64,000 bases of DNA from Octopus sinensis (lineage: Eukaryota). A program made the translations under genes and the position numbers. Where the stretch lies: contig NC_042997.1 of assembly GCF_006345805.1 (NCBI RefSeq), positions 18,972,001-19,036,000 of the forward strand, in the 5' to 3' direction. Of this stretch, positions 1 through 11,898 are shown piece by piece (position 1 is the stretch's first letter; every line of letters begins with the position of its first letter). A model generated the notes under the pieces. That model saw only the letters and a list, made by a program, of their open reading frames with translations, did no database searches and was not told the DNA's origin.

Positions 1-715
1 AAAGTTGTTAATGTTTATCAATGGTAAGGATAGTGAAATGGCAAAATCGTTAGAGCAGTGGACAAAATGCCTTATGGTATTTAGTTACAGCTCTTTACAT
101 TCTGAGTCAAAATTTCACAGAATCCTAATTTGTCTATCATCCTTCCAGGGTTTATAAAATATATCACCTGTCAAGAAGTTGATTTAATCAACTGCACTCT
201 CTAAAATTTGTGCTCAAGAAGTTCACTTCACAACCTTTTACCAATGTTAGAAATCAATACTAAACTGACAGAGCCATTGTTTCATATTTACAAAATTGAT
301 GCAATTTGGCCAAGGATATTATATAAGACATTTTTAGAAGGTACTTGGCTACTTATGTAAGCTGAAATAAACATAAGAGTAGGCAAGCTCCAGCTAAAAA
401 AAAATAATGTCACAGACAAAGGCATGAATATATACCATTATCCAAATTTATGCATAACATAATAACAATAAGCCACAGAAATTAAGCTGTTGCTATTACC
501 TATAGCAAAGTTTTATGCAGGTGCAAAACTATGAATTTGTAATAGAAAAGTATTGTTTATTTGAGAAGAATAGTTAGTGATTTAGGACACATTGGAAAAT
601 GTTGCACAAAATACTGTGTCAAAAGTCAGGAAGGTCATAAATGGGATACCTTTGATCAGAGCTAAATTAGGTTTCATCAACAATCCTCATCAAAACCTTT
701 TGAGGATGATAATAA

Positions 716-982
716 CAGGCTTGGCTGTGTGGTTAAGAAGTTTGCTTCACAACCATATGATTTTAGTTCAGTTTCACTGCATATTACCTTCTACAATAGA
801 CCAAGGGTGATCATCACTTTGTGAAGAAAAATTGTAAGTTACACTGAAGCTTGTCACATCTCTCTCACTCTCTCTCTCACTCTCTCTCTCACTCTTTCTT
901 TCTTTCTTTCTTTCTCTGTCTGTCTATCTGTTTGTCTATCTATCTATCTATCTATCTCTATCTATCTATCTATATATATATA

Positions 983-1029
<47 letters not shown>

Positions 1030-1365
1030 GTTAATCCAAACAAGAAAGCACAAAAAAACAAAAAACACAACAACGCGAGGACGTGGAACAAATATAGTAT
1101 TATTCAACGCTCAGGAAAGAAGGAAAGAAGGAGGATTTAATGTTTCGAGTGGAGCTCTTTGTCGGAAACATAGGAGAAGGAAAGATTCAGAGAAGGGAAG
1201 ACAGAGGAAAAAAAATTGCCAACGGTACACAAGCGATCACATTTTGAAATATATATATGTATACACGTACACACACATATATTTATATATGTGCATGTAT
1301 GTATATGTACTCCAATGGTGGTGCCTCAGCATGGCCCCTGCTCATGGCTGGAACAAGTAAAAACA
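716..1365 (+). mobile_element. Degenerate tRNA-derived SINE (family A), interrupted by microsatellites and a nested 220-bp repeat
   Basis: Head GGCTGTGTGGTTAAGAAGTTTGCTTCACAACC at ~722 and tail CAGCATGGCC...GGAACAAGTAAAA at ~1330-1365 match the intact copies at 15695 and 36846. Confidence 0.55.
1029..1250 (-). mobile_element. ~220-bp PLE-pLTR-like repeat with a degenerate minimal hammerhead (copy 1)
   Basis: Clearly homologous to 50915-51125. Minus strand 1135-1169 reads gttt CCGACAA a gagc tcc actc GAAA cat t aaat. Confidence 0.55.
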
Positions 1366-2334
1366 ACATGTGTGTGTTTCACATAACCTCTTAAATCTAG
1401 ATAACTATATCTAAGCATTGTCCAAGCCTAATTAGGCTACCTATGAAGAAAATTAACCAATACCAAAATAAGTCATCCTTACAAACTGTGAATCAATGAA
1501 CACTTTACACTTACAAGAATGATGAATAACCCATAATAATGAGACTAGGATATAAGAAATTCACCATCTAGCACAGTGTGTTTTCCCATCATCAGCTACT
1601 CAATTGGATATCACCTTGATTTTGACACCTTGGCAGTACAATTCAATCTGGCAGTGTCCATAGCATTAAAAATATAAATGTTACCTGGGAATTCATTAGC
1701 TTATTGCTACAAGTAGCAACATAAGGGTAAACAAATAATGATATGCATGTATGTATGTATGTATGTATGTATGTATGTATGTATGTATGTATGTATGTAT
1801 GTATGTGTGTGTGTATGTATGTATACATGTAGGGATTGATGGAAGCTTATGCTTATACATACGTTCATACATATATCAATGTCAGAGTTAGCATAATTTA
1901 ACATCCATTTCCCATGCTGGCATGGGTTGGATGGTTTAACAGGATCCAATGAACCACAGTTCTGCATTGATCTCCTGTATCTGTTTTGGTATGATTTCTA
2001 TGGCTGGATATCCTTCTTAGGGCCAGCCATGTTACAGTGTGTTCTGGGTGCTCTTTTCATGCGATGAGCACTATCGAGGTGATTTTGTAGCTTGCAGGAG
2101 AAGAAAATCAAATAAAAAAAGCCCCCTTGACTGAACTGGGGTGCATTTGATATAGAAGAAGATGGCTTTGTACCAGGTGTTGAGAAGTTGAAGTATGGCA
2201 GAAGGAGAAGCACAGGCTTCTTGCTCAAGAAGAGACACATGTTTGGCCTGCATTACATGAGGTGTGGATGAGGCTTACTGGAAAGAAGATTGAGATGGTA
2301 GTGGCAATGTACACTCTATGTCTGTTTGTCCGTT

Positions 2335-2372
2335 TATCTGTTTGCCTGTTTATCTGTCTGTTTGTCTGTCTG

Positions 2373-2420
<48 letters not shown>

Positions 2421-2421
2421 C

Positions 2422-2472
<51 letters not shown>

Positions 2473-2481
2473 CCAATCTAC

Positions 2482-2568
<87 letters not shown>
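2335..2568. repeat. (CTGT)n/(CTAT)n microsatellite
   Basis: Read directly; it explains the LSIY-repeat ORFs. Confidence 0.95.
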
Positions 2569-3080
2569 CTATAAATCCTTGAGTATAATCCGCATTTTTT
2601 CCCAAAATTTAAAGGTTTAAATCCCTAGTGCATATTATACATGGGGTTAAAAATTTAAATTATTTTGTAGGCAATGTCTGAGTCCTCTATTTTCTGTCCA
2701 GCAATGTTTATTCAGACGCATTGTGTGATGTCTGGCACGAAAATACCTTAAGCTAAGCCTGAAAGCAATGAAGTCATAAAAGAAACATCCATAACTTGCA
2801 GTAAGCAACATTTATTAAGCGTTATTACTGTTATTTCCTTATTTTCTGCAAATAAAATGCGCAAAAATGCTAAACGTTTGCATTATGTTATATATATAAT
2901 AATAATAAAGGATGCTACCGTATACAGCTTTACAAACCAAGGACGTTATATAGACCTCCTTGACTCGAGTTAGAGAACGGGTGCGTATTATACACAAGGT
3001 TTAGGTTTTTCAGAGGTACAGCCCCCTAAAAATCCCCTGTGTATTATACTCAAGGGCGGACTATACTCGAGGATTTATGG
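2569..3080. mobile_element. Non-autonomous Tc1/mariner-pogo-type MITE, 512 bp
   Basis: Imperfect TIRs CTATAAATCCTTGAGTATAATCCGC / GCGGACTATACTCGAGGATTTATGG, with TA on both sides (2567-68, 3081-82). Inserted in the (CTAT)n tract, which resumes after it. Confidence 0.8.
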
Positions 3081-3726
3081 TATCTATCTATCTAATGTTT
3101 TAACTGAGGAAGGCCTTACATAATAGATGCATTTCCTATTATATATTATGCAGATCTGGAATGCCTGTAGTAAATGATTTCAAAATATCACTATTTGGTT
3201 TGACTTCTTTATTAAAACATATATAAACATATATGCATACATAAATATATATCTGATTAATGAGAGAGGCGAAATCTGAAAGCTACAAAAATGTTTATTG
3301 ATCACTACAATTGTTTCAACCTATCTAGCATTTATCCCTCATAGTGTATACCATCCAATTTATTGTCTAATAATTCTGGCAGTGCCCCAGCATGGCCACA
3401 GCCTTAGGGCTGAAACATATAAAAGAATACATAAATATTGGTGTGAGTGTGTATAGTGATAGATACATGTCAATACAGATATAGATATATTCACATGTAT
3501 AGACATATGTGTGTGTGTTTGAGTGAGTATGAATGCATATTTGCGTTTGTTGCTCACCACTTAACAATTGGTATTAATCTGTTTACATGCCTGTAATTTA
3601 TCAGTTAAACAAAAAAGAGAGTGAGAGAATAAGTACAAGTCTTAAAATTGAATAGTGGAATCAATTTACTTGACTAAATCCTTTGATGCGTTGCCCAAAC
3701 ATGGCCACAATTCAAACAAGTATAGC

Positions 3727-3956
3727 TATTTATTTACTACCCACAAGGGGCTAAACACAGAGAGGACAAAGGACAGACAAACGGATTAAGTCGATTATAT
3801 CGACCCCAGTGCATAACTGGTACTTATTTAATCGACCCCGAAAGGATGAAAGGCAAAGTCGACCTCGGCGGAATTTGAACTCAGAACGTAGCGGCAGACG
3901 AAATACTGCTAAGCATTTTTCCCAGCGTGCTAACGTTTCTGCCAGCTCGCCGCCTT
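3727..3956 (-). mobile_element. tRNA-derived SINE (family B) with 18-bp TSD
   Basis: Minus-strand head GGCGGCGAGCTGGCAGAAACGTTAGC and B-box GAGTTCAAATTCC. TSD AATTCAAACAAGTATAGC at 3709-3726 and 3957-3974. Confidence 0.92.
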
Positions 3957-4024
3957 AATTCAAACAAGTATAGCATTGAAATCTAATAAATCATGATAGA
4001 TTTGGTTATTATTATCATAATTAA

Positions 4025-4560
4025 GATTAGCAGAGAGCCATGGAAATGTCGATGTTGGGAATCTCACTAAGAGACTACATCCAGAATGAGGAGATTAGGA
4101 ATAGAACTGGAGTGAAGGATATCATTGCAGAATACCTATTTCTTTATTGCCCACAAGGGGCTAAACATAGAGGGGACAAACAAGGACAGACAAACGGATT
4201 AAGTCGATTACATCGACCCCATTGCGTAACTGGTACTTTATTTATCGACTCCGAAAGGATGAAAGGCAAAGTTGACCTCGGCGGAATTTGAACTCAGAAC
4301 ATAACGGCAGATGAAATACAGCTAAGCATTTTTCCTGGCATGCTAACGTTTCTGCCAGCTCGCAGAATACCACCACACAAAACTGATCATGCAGCAAGGT
4401 TCACAGACAGTTGGTAGACCCATACAGTTATTGAGTGATACCCACACAAATGGAAGAGAGCACTCAGAAGAAAGCTGTTTGGAACAACATGGAGGAGAAT
4501 GGTGAGAGCACAAGGGGACTGGAGAAAATGTTGTGGCCAGCGGAGCTGATTTAGTATCAG
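4025..4560 (+). pseudogene. Old RTE-clade LINE ORF2 C-terminal fragment, split by a SINE
   Basis: Translates as RAMEMSMLGISLRDYIQNEEIRNRTGVKDII. After the SINE, a decayed ARFTDS..T..VIE..P..WKR segment typical of the RTE C-terminus follows. Confidence 0.7.
4137..4361 (-). mobile_element. SINE family B with 10-bp TSD
   Basis: Near-identical to 3727-3956. TSD GCAGAATACC at 4127-4136 and 4362-4371. Confidence 0.9.
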
Positions 4561-5564
4561 ACAGCCTGACTGATCCAAGTGATTCACTTGAATTATGATT
4601 AGCACAAACAAGAATATGTTAGAGGTATAATAAAATTACACACACCTAGGCAAAATATTTCAATGGCTTTTAATCACATATAGATTACTTCAAATACTAA
4701 TTTGAAACGTTATGGATACACAGTATTTTATTTGGTTTGGGCATCAGGAATTCAAATAGTCTTGTAAATCTAAAATATTACAACAGAAGTGTCATACTTT
4801 TTAAATGAAAGCTTTTCAATTGGAGATTGTGGTTTTTATCTGTTATCTTAAACTTAGTGACAGAACAACGACAGAATTATTTAGCAGATGAGGAATTGAA
4901 TGAACAGCTCATAAACTTTTTTAATCCAATTCCTTTTTTAAATCCAATACATTTTTTGGTATGTAGTTTTAGAAAATACTTACCCTTGGCATGGTTGCAT
5001 GGTTAACAATTTTGTTTCACAACTATGTGATTTGAGTTTCAGTCGCATCTCACAGTGTAGTGTTTTTCATCATAGCCCTGTGTTGACCAATGCCATGCAA
5101 GTAAATTTGGTATAGTAAAAAAACCAATACTCTACACATACTCACACACACACACAAAACACAACACAACATACATAATGTGTGTGTATGTGTCTTCTAG
5201 TGTGTGTGTGTGTGTGTCTGCTAGTGTGTGTGTATGTGTATCTGCTTGTATGTATGTGATGTGTATGTATACTTTTCCCTTGTCTCAATATTTTCATACT
5301 GATTGTAAACTAAGTCACTGTTCATTGAAGCAAAATCATTTGGACAGAACAAATATGAATTCTGTAGATGAGGTCAGAACAGTACTGGAGGAGTATTTTT
5401 CATCATGGTCTAGTGAATTTTGGAAGAGGAGCCTTGCAAGTCAGATGGAAGAGCATTGTTGAAAATGAAGGAGTGTATATTTTAGATTTAAAAAGAACTT
5501 TGTTTATCTTAATTTTGGAGAATAAAAGAAGTATAAAAATCCACATTATTTATTGGATGACCCA

Positions 5565-5600
<36 letters not shown>

Positions 5601-8600
5601 TTTATTTTTAGTTTCATTCTAGCACATTCACTCACAAGATTTTGCTCAATAGTCTCAGGTTATAGTAAATACTTGCCCAAGTTGCTTTGCAGTAGTATTG
5701 AACCTGAAACCACATGATTATGAAACAAATTTCTTAACCACACAGCAATGCCTGTGTCTTGAAGGTTAAATTATAAATATAGCTGGGGTTCAGAACATTA
5801 AACATTGAGCTGTAAAACTTTTAATCAACTGAGATTACTGAAGCAATTAACTGACAACCACATTCAAGGTATGTGAAACCTACAAAAACAAACAGTAAAT
5901 AATTACTGATCATGATTATGTAAGGAGAGATAGTGTTAAATAAGACTTTTAAAAATTTAAAATACTTGCATCGAGAATGAATGAAACGACTGAATTTACA
6001 AATCCCAGGTTGTACTAAACATTAAACTTGAACATTGCTTTATAGCAGAAATAAGCTACGTTTGCAAGAGAGTAAAACAGTTTATAAATAATGCAGAAAT
6101 ATCGAAATACCTGGAAAGACTGTAGAAATGTATTACTTTATGTCCCTGACACATAAATATTACCAATACTCAACTAGAAACACAGAGATTATATGCAGAA
6201 TATATGAAAATATCCCTAGTTTATTGACAAAGTTTCTAAATTAAGAAGTTCCAAGTAATCTCCTTAAAGCATCAAAATGACAGTGAGAAATTATATTTTA
6301 GCATGTACTAGCATGTCACAGTCATAACTTCCATGATATTAGTCTTACAGCCAATCGTGTCATCTTTTGGTTGCTTGGAATTATTATTCTTCAGAGCGTT
6401 GTTATGGAAATAGATGAAAATATCAGATGAATACTGGGAAGACAAAGTATGAAAGAGAAAGGGTGGGAATTATTATGAGTCAGCATTGTTGATGGCATCA
6501 GTAAACCCTGCTGTCACGGAAATAACTCTGGAAGAGTTAAACAAATAACTAGGGATGAGCTTATTTTATGGCATTCAATTTACAGCCATGAATGGTGTGA
6601 CGAATGATACATCAGAGATATTATAGGTTGTGGTCGGTCACATTGTTCTCTCACAAATCATTTAACATTCAAGTAAAGAACCTTAATTAAGAAGGATTAA
6701 TATTTGGATTCCTCGAAGAATAGAAACTATGTATTTATCTTCCTATTTTGCATTTTATTATTGTCACAGGGATGGACATTAAACTAAAAGGCAAAGTAGA
6801 AATATGTGCTATTAAATAGTCTGCAATGTACACACAAGCTTGAAATATTTGCAAACTGATTCAACAACTGAAATTTGGGGAGCAAATATGCTTATTTGCA
6901 TTCCACATTATTCACTGTGTCTGATCTGTGAAGTTAACTAAATCATTTTGTCATTCCCTGAATAAATTCACTTCTCTTCTATTAAATAGCAAGAATATTG
7001 ATATTCTCATTTCTGTAATACAGAGAGAATGGGTAGGAGAATGAGAGAGAAAAACAAAGAGAAATATAAGAGATTTATTCAAAAATACTATGTTTGCATT
7101 CCTGAACAAAAGTTGAAATTTTTTCATTATTTATTTTCATGTGTAGGTATGTAGAATTTTTTAATATTAGTGTATAGTTTTTGTAACAGTATATGCCTAT
7201 AAATGTAACAAATTTGTGTATATGCATGTAAGTGTGTGCACATTTGTTTATAAAAAATATGCCTGCTTGTGAATAAAAAGTTGTGTATGTATGTACATAT
7301 ATATGAAGAAATGTGAGTGAGAATGTTTTTGAGTATGTATTTATATTTTTGAATATGAATTTGTGTGTGCGTGTGTGTGAGCATGTATCCAGCCATCTAT
7401 GATGGTGCATGTGTATGTTTGTGAATGAGTCTTTTTATCTAATTGTTGCCATAGACTTTATTTTCTCCGTCTCCACAAGCAAAAATGTCAGAAAGAAAAC
7501 CATCCAGTATCGAAGCCAAACATAACCTAAGAAAACATGTATTTTATTTAAGTTATATCAGATTGCATTTCCAGCAAGTAACATTCTCTGAAAGAATGTA
7601 ATTAATGTGTCATCCTTGAGCAGCATGGAATGCAGTCTAGACAGTAGAACAAACACCATTACACCCTATTTTCACAAGATAAATCACTGTATGTCAGAGA
7701 GCACAGTGTAGTTCTCAACCAGGCAGAGAAGCATGATATATCCATCCAGATTGCTGGGATCTGTGAGTTGCACTGAGACCTTTTGACAATCTACCAACAT
7801 GTCATAAGTCTGACCAAGCACATCTAAGAAGACTATACAACAGCAACAAGAACATAATGTCTTCTGCTAGTCAATTTATTAAACGTTTCTGAAGAAACCT
7901 GCTGTGCAACAAGACGTGAGGTATATTTGATTTTTTCCCTAAAGCATAATATTAATTAATCATTTTTTTTTTTTCTTTATTCATAGTCAGTGTCAGAGTC
8001 AAAGCACAGTGGAGTGACACATTCTGTAGAATGCCAGACAAAATGACTTTGGGTATTTTGTTAATTCTCTTTACAGTTCAATGTAGTACAATGGGGGAAG
8101 AGTTTGTGTCATTCTTCGATTGCTCATAGAAATAAGCACCATTTAAGAATTCTGCTTGATTTATTTACATACTGTGGATTTGTGCCAAATTTTGAAATTC
8201 TTATTATCAAGACCTTCTGAAGTGGTGAGCTGGAAGAATTGTTTGAGCAACATAAAAAAATACCTTGCAGTATTTATTCTGGTTCTTTGCGTTTTGAATT
8301 TTCTAACACTACTGAGCTCAACGTGGCTATGATTCATCCAGGGTTGACAAGATAAAATGCCAATCAAGTACTGGGTTAAAGGCATAGACTAACTTCTCCC
8401 CTCAAATTTGCTGGCCTTGTGCCTAAATTAGAAATAATTATTAACAAAGCCTTCTATCACATCTTGGCATAGTGACTCAAAGATGCAACTGAGATATGTT
8501 GAAAAACACTGCTGCTACAAATAGAAAATTATGAGTAATTAATTAATTAATTAGCTAATAACAAATGGATTTAATATTAAGCAAACAAAAATTAAGCATC

Positions 8601-8876
8601 TGCCCAAAGAAGAAAATCCTTTTTTAATAAAGGGTTTGAGGTCAAATTTCTTGCAACTAATCACTTGTTCAGTTTAATGTCTGTTTTTCTATACCAGCCT
8701 GGCTTAGACAGGGAAAATTGCAAGGACCGTGCAATGTAAGGTGATGAGAATGGCTCTTTAGTACATCACATGGTCGATACAATACATATAAAAGGAATAG
8801 TACATGTAAGTACCTGAGAAAAAAGCAGACACAACTGAGTAGAATGGTTAAGAGAAGATTTATTGATATGTAAACT

Positions 8877-8919
<43 letters not shown>

Positions 8920-9167
8920 TGTATACAGAATAATAGACAGGCCGTCTTGAGAGTAAACTGTATATGTGTGTGTGTAAGTATAGATGTATGCACGTGTGAA
9001 GAACATATAAGAATGGCAGTGAAGTAGGTAGTGAAAGAGTCTATAGCCATCGAAGTGAGAAGTTCATAGACACAGGAATGAGAATACCAGTTCGTAGTCA
9101 ATTGTACATGGTAGTTGAAGTACTGTATCAAGAAGTTGCAGCCATGATGCTGAGCGAGTTGTAGGTA

Positions 9168-9205
9168 CATGTTGTATGTGAAGTCGTAGCTTCACATACA
9201 ACATG
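9168..9205. repeat. Perfect 16-bp-stem hairpin
   Basis: CATGTTGTATGTGAAG-tcgtag-CTTCACATACAACATG. Confidence 0.9.
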
Positions 9206-9519
9206 CTGCTACCTGGGTCACTTGAATATAGGAGTTCTTACAGGGTGTGTATTCACTGTTGATCCATGGTGAAGTAATTCACAAGCAGAGAAGTGTTGGA
9301 ACTTGGGTGAGCTGCTGGCTGAACTGTGTATATAGAGAGATGATGTTGGCAATGTTGAAAACATGACAGTGGCAGGGAGACTGACGACGTAATGCTGTTG
9401 GACGAAGCTGGTAAGTCTCAACGTGGCTGCTGTGGTGTCATCGCTGGAACTGGTTGTGGTCAGTGACTAGACCTTTTAAGGTCTGGAACTGAAAGAACTC
9501 GAAAGGGGGAGAAGGTGAG

Positions 9520-9661
9520 TTTTTATAAGGAGCTGTAAGCTTAAAACTGGGTTGAGAACAGGCTGTCTCACATGATTTTATTTATAGGCTCTGATTGGTT
9601 ATATGCAGCAAATTGGCACGACAGAGTAAGAAACAAATTGTGCCAAAATCAACCAATCAGA
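9520..9661 (-). promoter_or_regulatory. LTR-like promoter module (inverted CCAAT pair plus TATA-like boxes)
   Basis: TCTGATTGGTT (9590-9600) and AACCAATCAGA (9651-9661) enclose a TTGGCAC/GTGCCAA inverted pair. Downstream on the minus strand are TATAAATAAA (~9580) and TATAAAAA (~9523). Confidence 0.3.
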
Positions 9662-9989
9662 GTAGTAGACACAACATGGTCCAAATAGCAGCCAAAGGCT
9701 AGCTGTTACCTGCTAAATTCAAATATATCATAAAGGGGAGAGAGGAATTTCACTCATATTTGAGGCAGATTTTTGCAATTCGATGTTCTTCCTGTCAGTT
9801 TTCAAATGAAAGAATTTTTTTCTGTATTTCAGGGGTATTATAAAGCACAGATGTAGGGAAACATTTTTGATTGGTAATGTCAACAGGCATAGCCATCTGG
9901 ATACCATCCTCAACCGGTGGCACCAACACTTGAAGTTGAGTTGCAAGCAGTGATATCATCTACAGCTGTAGTTCAATGTAGATTGTATA

Positions 9990-10164
9990 GGTGCAGGAGT
10001 AGCTGTGTGGTAAGTAACTTGCTTACCAACCACATGGTTCTAGGTTCAGTCCCACTGCATGACACCTTGGGCAAATGTCTTCTACTATAGTCTCAGACCA
10101 ACCAAAGCCTTGTGAGTGGATTTGGTAGACAAAAACTGAAAGAAGCCTGGCATATATATGTATG

Positions 10165-10214
<50 letters not shown>

Positions 10215-10440
10215 TATGGGTTTATGTTTCTGTGTTTGTACTCCCACCATCACTTGACAAACAATGCTGGTGCGTTTATGTCCACGTAACTTAGCAGTTC
10301 AGCAAAAGAGACCGATAGAATAAATACTAGGCTTACAAAGAATAAGTTCTGGGGTCAATTTGTTTGACTAAAAGCAATGCTCCAGCATGTCCACACTCAA
10401 GTGACTGAAACAAATAAAAGAACAAAAGAATAAAAGAATT
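9990..10440 (+). mobile_element. SINE family A, full length, with central (TA)/(TG) microsatellite
   Basis: tRNA-like head GGAGTAGCTGTGTGGTAAG...GGTTCAGTCCC, central microsatellite, tail ...GACTGAAACAAATAAAAGAA. Confidence 0.88.
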
Positions 10441-11484
10441 CAAACAGACACACACACATACACAGACACACCACACACACACACACACACACAAGGTTTT
10501 TTTTTTCTGTTTATGTCAGCCAAATTCCCTTGCAAAGCATAGGTCAGCTTGACAGCAGAACACAGCTGTCCATGGTATCATGCGGCAGGACTAAACCTGA
10601 AGCTATGTAATTGAGGAGTGAACTTCTTAATCATATACCCATGCAAAAGAAATAAAGAGGTTTAGATAATTTGAATACTTTTTTTTCATTCCTGCTGCAG
10701 AATTATGAAAATGAACCCTAGGTGAAAGGTACATAAAGACTTCAAAATACAAAAATTCTTAAAGGTAATGGATGGATATTTTTATGATATTCCATAGTCA
10801 TTTGAACTGAATCCATCATAAACACACTGTCTTTAGTCTGCATCATTTTCATCATTCCCATGGAGTAACTAGATGAATACGATGATAATACTGCTCCTAC
10901 TGCTGATGACGATGATAATGGTGATGATGACTGTGATGATATATCTTCTTTTATAAAGCAACGTACACACACACACACACACACACACACTGATTTGCAT
11001 GTATATATACGTATACTAATGTATGTGTATTTGAGTGTATGTGATGTAGGATTATGCACAAATTCATAAATAAGCTGCCAGAATGGAAGGTTATGAGGCT
11101 CAAATGGCATTTCTTTCCACAGATGAATGACCATTAGTTGATGTGAAATGATGGAAAAATTTCCTTACCCTGAAAAGGGATGCTTATTTCGTCTTTATAT
11201 CCTAAGCATGTCTATTGATGAGGCTTGTCAATTCATGCTGAACCAACCAAATATATATGAAACATCTGCAACTTAGATATTAACAAGTGATAAATACTGC
11301 CAGAGGCTGTCTGAAAATGATTGCATGAGACAGCAAAATTCGTCACCAGGCAAGGGTGGATGCTGTGGTTCTAGGAGACAGGGACTACATTTGGGAGTGG
11401 CATATATGAACGGCAGAAACGTGTGTAGTGAGGATCATAATTACATCTTAATGTTTATTTATTGTATTTTTTATTCTATATATC

Positions 11485-11536
<52 letters not shown>

Positions 11537-11864
11537 TATATATATTACAACAACACACAAAAAATCTACATACACACACATATGTGTATATGCATAAATG
11601 TAAACAAGTGCATGTATGTGTATGAGATTGTGTGTGTGATGCATGCATGTATGTGTATACATGTGTACTTTTTTTGTTTATTTTGGTATTTCTTTTCTTT
11701 TCTACCCCTTTAATTGCCTATTAGCAACCATCTTTCTGTCCAACTGAATTTACAAGTAGAAATGCATTGCTGTTTTGAATCATGTATGTGACTGAAGCAA
11801 ATAGTATTACCATCACTTAGGATGCTGGCATTGTCTCCATCTATTCATCAACTGAATATACACA

Positions 11865-11898
<34 letters not shown>

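Noticed and set aside
3250-3292. TAATGA-GAGA..TCT-GAAAGCTA, a possible fossil hammerhead
   Set aside because: CUGA core and stem I are not recoverable.
7921-8052. Possible 66-nt intron and exon (SVRVKAQWSDTFCRMPDKMTL); similar microexon-like sites near 10700, 19160 and 19625
   Set aside because: No consistent frame, no recognisable protein, and such motifs are expected by chance in AT-rich DNA.
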